A stretch of DNA of 64,000 nt from the human T2T-CHM13v2.0 reference genome, Homo sapiens. Below the pieces are notes generated by a model. It worked only from the letters and a program-made list of their open reading frames with translations. It made no database searches and had not been told where the DNA came from. The stretch lies in NCBI RefSeq assembly GCF_009914755.1, contig NC_060935.1. The stretch is one strand, 5' to 3'. A program made the translations under genes and the position numbers. Below, one piece after another: positions 55,864 to 64,000 of this stretch (within the stretch, counting starts at the first letter, position 1; each line of letters begins with the position of its first letter).

Positions 55864-56072
55864 CTACCTCATTTAAAAAAAAAAAAGTGACAGATTTGTC
55901 AGGGAGCGGTAGCTCACGCCTGTAATCCCAGCACTTTGAGAGGCCAAGGCGGGTGGATCACCTGAGGTCGGGAGTTCAAGACCAGCCTGACCAACATGGA
56001 GAAACCCCGTCTCTACTTAAAATACAAAATTAGCTGGGTGTGGTGGCAGGCACCTGTAATCCCAGCTACTCA

Positions 56073-56177
<105 letters not shown>

Positions 56178-58010
56178 TCAAAAAAAAAAAAAAGCAGCAG
56201 ATCACATCCACACATGGAAACACTAATTATCAATAAAAATGAACAAACTACTAAGACGCAAAAGCACATGGGTGAATCTCACATACATTATCCTCAGTGA
56301 AAATACCTGGGCCCAAAAAGCTACATACTGTCTCAGGGGCTGGCAAACGTCCTGTGTGTCAAATCTAGCCCACATCTGGTTTTTGTATGGTGTGCATGGT
56401 TTTAACATTTTTAAAGCATTAAGTTAAAAAAAAAGAATATTTAAAATGTGAAAAAACACATTTACAATGAAAATAATAAAAATATGGTATATCGAAATTT
56501 GTGGTATCCAGATAAACTCATGCCTTGAAGTAAATTTATGGCAATATATATATATTTTTATGTATATCCTTATATATATGTACACATACATATAGTATGT
56601 GTATATATGTGTGTATATATGTATATATAATACACATACTATATATAATACAGTATATATAATATATAATACACATACTATAATACACATACTATATATA
56701 CACACACACATATAGGCACATGTAGATTTTTTTTTTTACGGAAGAATAAAATCTAAAAACTGATAAACAAAGCATTCTTTGGGGGTGACCAGGTGCAGTG
56801 GCTCATGTCTGTAACCCCAACACTTTGGGAGGTGGAGGCGGGCAGATTGCTTGAGGTCAGGAGTTCAGGACCAGTCTGGCCAATATGGTGAAACCCCGTC
56901 TCTACTAAAACTATGAAAATTAGGCTGGCATAGTGGTGTGCACCTGTAATCCCAGCTCCATGGTGGCTGGAGCATGAGAATTGCTTCAGCCTGGGAGATG
57001 GAGGTTCCAGTGAGCCAAGATCCTACAGCTGTACTCCAACCTGAGAGACAGAGCAAGGCTCCGTCTCAAAATAATAATAATAATTTGGGGATGTAGAGGT
57101 TGCTAATTAAACTCCAAGAAAATAGAAGAAAAAATAAATATAAGAGTAGGACTTAATAACAATAGAAAATAAATGCACAATAGAGAAGGTTAACAAGACA
57201 AAAATTGAAAAAAATTGTTTTGATAAAATTAATGAAGATACTCCAGGTGTGGCTGTTTAAGAAAAAAGAGAGATGATACAAATATCACGCTTCAGGAATG
57301 AAAAGGGGGCACTGCTACAGATCTTACAGATATTAAAAAGTTAATAAAGGAAAATTATGAACATTTATGTCAATAAATTTGAAGACACATTAAATATGAC
57401 ATATTCTCAGAAGAAAAGAAACTTTAAAAAACTCTCATGAGAATTAATAGAAAATCTACATAGTTCTATATCTGAACAGTTGTGCTAAAGAAATTGAAAC
57501 TGTAATTTAAAACCTCCCCACAGAGAAAAAACTTAGGCCTCAATCGTTTCATCAGTGAATTCTACCTAAATCTTCACACAAAGAAAACTCAAACAGATAG
57601 ATTCACTGGTGGATTTTGCCAAACTTTTAAGAAAGAAATAATACAAATCTTACACAAACTTTTCCAGATAATAGGAAAAAAAAGAAATGCTTTTTATCTC
57701 TTTTTATGAAACAAATATAACCTTATTTTTAAAAACCTGTTAAGGACATTGATAAAGTAATAAAAATCTCTCTCATAAACAGACACAAAAATCCTAAGGA
57801 AAACATTAGCAAATCAAATCTACCTATATAAAAACATATGTCATCACATCATTTGGTTGGGTTTATAGCCTTGTTTAAAATGATTTAAATAATGCGACTC
57901 ATTACATTAACAGGAAAAGAAAAAAATCATTTGATTACCTCAATTGATACAGAAATAGCATGTAATAGAAATCAACGTCCCTTCATCATTTCTTTTAAAA
58001 AAGAAAACTA

Positions 58011-58769
<759 letters not shown>

Positions 58770-58939
58770 CTACTGTCACCAATTCAAGGCAACATTGTAC
58801 TGGAGATGCAAGCCGGTGCAATAAGGCAAGAAAAAGAAATAAAAGTTATAAGGATTGGAAAGAAGAAGAAAATGAAACTATAATTATTTTAAAATGATAT
58901 AGTTGAGGGTGTCAAGAATCTAGGAGAATCTATAGATAA

Positions 58940-59302
<363 letters not shown>

Positions 59303-60126
59303 TGATCCACCCGCCTTGGCCTCCCAAAGTGCTGGGATTACAGGCATGAGCCACTGCACCTGGCCAAACAAATGATATTTTTAAAAGCATAAAAAATATC
59401 AAATGTAAGATGGGCATAATATTTACATAGAAAACTATAAAACATTCTAGAGAGATGTTTTTTAAATGCCTTAAATAATTGGTAGGTTATATTATATTCA
59501 TGAATTTTAAAATAGATTACTTTGACAATTTTTATTCTCCCCAAATGGAACTATAGGTTCAGTAAAATTCCAACCAAAATCCCAACAGGTTTTCCATTAG
59601 TGGGAATTCAAAGGCTAATTCTAAGATGAAAGCAGAAATGTGAAGGACAAGAATAGCTAAGACAGCCATGAACATGAACAAGAATAAAGGTGGCGAACTG
59701 ACACTCCAGACTTATTATCAAGCTATAGTGATAAGTATAGACAGTGTGGTAATGGCACAAATAGATCAGCGTCACAGAATGTCTGTATAATTGCCCCAGA
59801 ATTGGTCTGTGGTACCACACTGAATGATTCACAGAGATTCTTTGTGGAAAGAACAGTTACTTTCATGGAGGGAAAGGTCATTTTCACTTTTTATTTCATA
59901 CATATTTATACTATTAGATTTTCTTAAAATTAACATATTCAGTCATTGCCTATAAAATTTAAAATAATGCCAGTGGGGGAAGCCCTCTGGCGCTTCCATT
60001 GCCTGTTTGAAAGTTACTGGGCTCACTTGTTCGGGAAACATCAGCTGCTCCCACTGGGTGCCAGGCCCTGTTCTAGGTGCTTGGGAAGTGTCAGTGAGCA
60101 AAACAGACAAATCTCCAGCCCACATG

Positions 60127-60758
60127 GAGGGGTGAGGAGCAAGGAGGAGGGGTGAGGAGCAAGGAGGAAGGGCAAGGAGCGAGGAGGAGTGGGGAGAAGT
60201 GAGGAGGAGGGGGGAGGAGCGAAGAGGAGGGGGAGGAGCGAGGGGGAGGAGCGAGGAGGAGGGGGAGGAGCGAGGAGGGGGGAGGAGCGAGGAGGGGGGA
60301 GGAGCGAGGAGGGGGGGAGGAGCGAGGAGGGGGAGGAGCGAGGAGGGGGGAGGGGGGAGGGGGAGGAGGGAGGGGGGAGGGGAGGAGGGAGGGGGGAGGG
60401 ACGGGGAGGGGGAGGGGAGGGGAGGGGGAGGGGGAGGGAGGAGGAAGGGGGAGGGGAGGAGCGAGGAGGAGGGGGAGGAGCGAGGAGAGGGGAGGAGCGA
60501 GGAGGGGGGAGGAGCGAGGAGGGGGGAGGAGCGAGGAGGGGGGAGGGGGGAGGGGGAGGAGCGAGGGGGGAGGGACGGGGAGGGGGAGGGGAGGGGGAGG
60601 GGAGGGGAAGGGGGAGGGAGGAGGGAGGAGGGAGGGGGAGGAGGAAGGGGGAGGAGAGGAGCGAGGAGGAGGGGGAGGAGCGAGGAGAGGGGAGGAGCGA
60701 GGAGGGGGGAGGAGCGAGGAGGGGAGGAGGGGGAGGAGCGAGGAGGAGGCGGGAGGAG
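60127..60758. repeat. Polypurine (GGA/GGGGA/GGAGGAGCGA) low-complexity repeat
   Basis: ~630 bp almost entirely G/A on the + strand with periodic C. Confidence 0.97.
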
Positions 60759-61152
60759 CTGGACAGGACATCGTGCCAGCCCGAGGGCGGAATGAACTTC
60801 AGAGAAGTTTGAGAGCAAAAGGTGCTTTGCTGCTGTTAGACCCTGAAATTCCACGGGTCCCTGGACAGTTTTGGGAGCCGGGAGGGTGAAGAGAGTGGAT
60901 CAAGCTTCGTGGGGTGGACCCGGAAGAGATGGGGCAGTGAATGGTTGTGGGGGACTGCGGGAGCCTCCGGGGAGTGATTTTTTGCCCTGAGGGGAATCAC
61001 CGCAGCGGGGACAAGGCTGGGGGAAAACACTTCCTTCTGCAAGGGCACTGCTGAGCCTCACTTGCTGGAGCTTGCACTGTGCAACGGTAAATTCACGTTG
61101 TGTGCCCTCACCTGAGCTTCTGATGAGGACGCTGGAGGGCTTGGCCCTTTGA

Positions 61153-63620
<2,468 letters not shown>

Positions 63621-64000
63621 ATTTATGTGAAGGAGGAGGCCCCGCTCCACTCAGGCCCGACTCTTAGTGTTTTAATATCACCACTTTGAGATCACAACCA
63701 CCTTAGGGAGCAGGAACCGTCCATCCACAGACACAGAAACTCACCTAGAGTGTGTCCAGGGTCACAGAGTGACCAGTGAGTGGCAGAGCCAGGAGCTGGA
63801 CCAGCCACCCACTCAACAGGGTGCACAGGACCCCAGACCCCCAGGCTTTACCGCCTCTGGACACCAATGCACAAGAGAGTAAACCTGGGGAGTACCTTAG
63901 GCAGGTGGTCAGAGGCCTCGGGAGAGGAGACATTTGAGCAGAGAAGGGAGGTGGTGTGGCAGCCGTGTGGACCTGCTGTGGGTGTGTGCACCAGAGCTGT

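Noticed and set aside
59943-60854. Long ORFs of 198-303 aa on both strands
   Set aside because: Products of the GA-rich repeat (poly-P/S/L or G/R/E); stop-free by composition

Overview
Human (primate) genomic DNA that I recognise from the encoded proteins as the 11p15.5 cluster BET1L / RIC8A / SIRT3 / PSMD13. Layout: BET1L first coding exon (-, 481-499) is head-to-head with RIC8A (+, 10 coding exons, 2053-7548, 531 aa). RIC8A is tail-to-tail with SIRT3 (-, 7 coding exons, 29320-9896, 399 aa), which is head-to-head with PSMD13 (+, 13 coding exons, 30056-45535, 376 aa). All exon junctions were read by hand, are GT-AG and close the reading frames. Elements the ORF track does not show: (1) a 5'-tailed mirtron hairpin filling the 88-nt RIC8A intron 2 (I recall it as MIR6743); (2) an antisense SRP19 processed pseudogene in PSMD13 intron 2, with an internal ~118-bp duplication and an Alu at its stop codon; (3) the frameshifted last exon of the muscle COX VIII gene (COX8BP) just downstream of PSMD13, with a Ricksha/MuDR-like transposon upstream of it; (4) a GATA-bearing higher-order VNTR in SIRT3 intron 5; (5) two perfect fold-back palindromes in SIRT3 intron 3; (6) several alternative splice-site and start-codon arrangements; (7) a ~630-bp near-pure polypurine tract. 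The rest is Alu/L1/L2/MIR/LTR-rich intronic or intergenic DNA. Gene and repeat-family names come from memory of the sequences; no database search was run. I found no evidence of a wholly new gene system.
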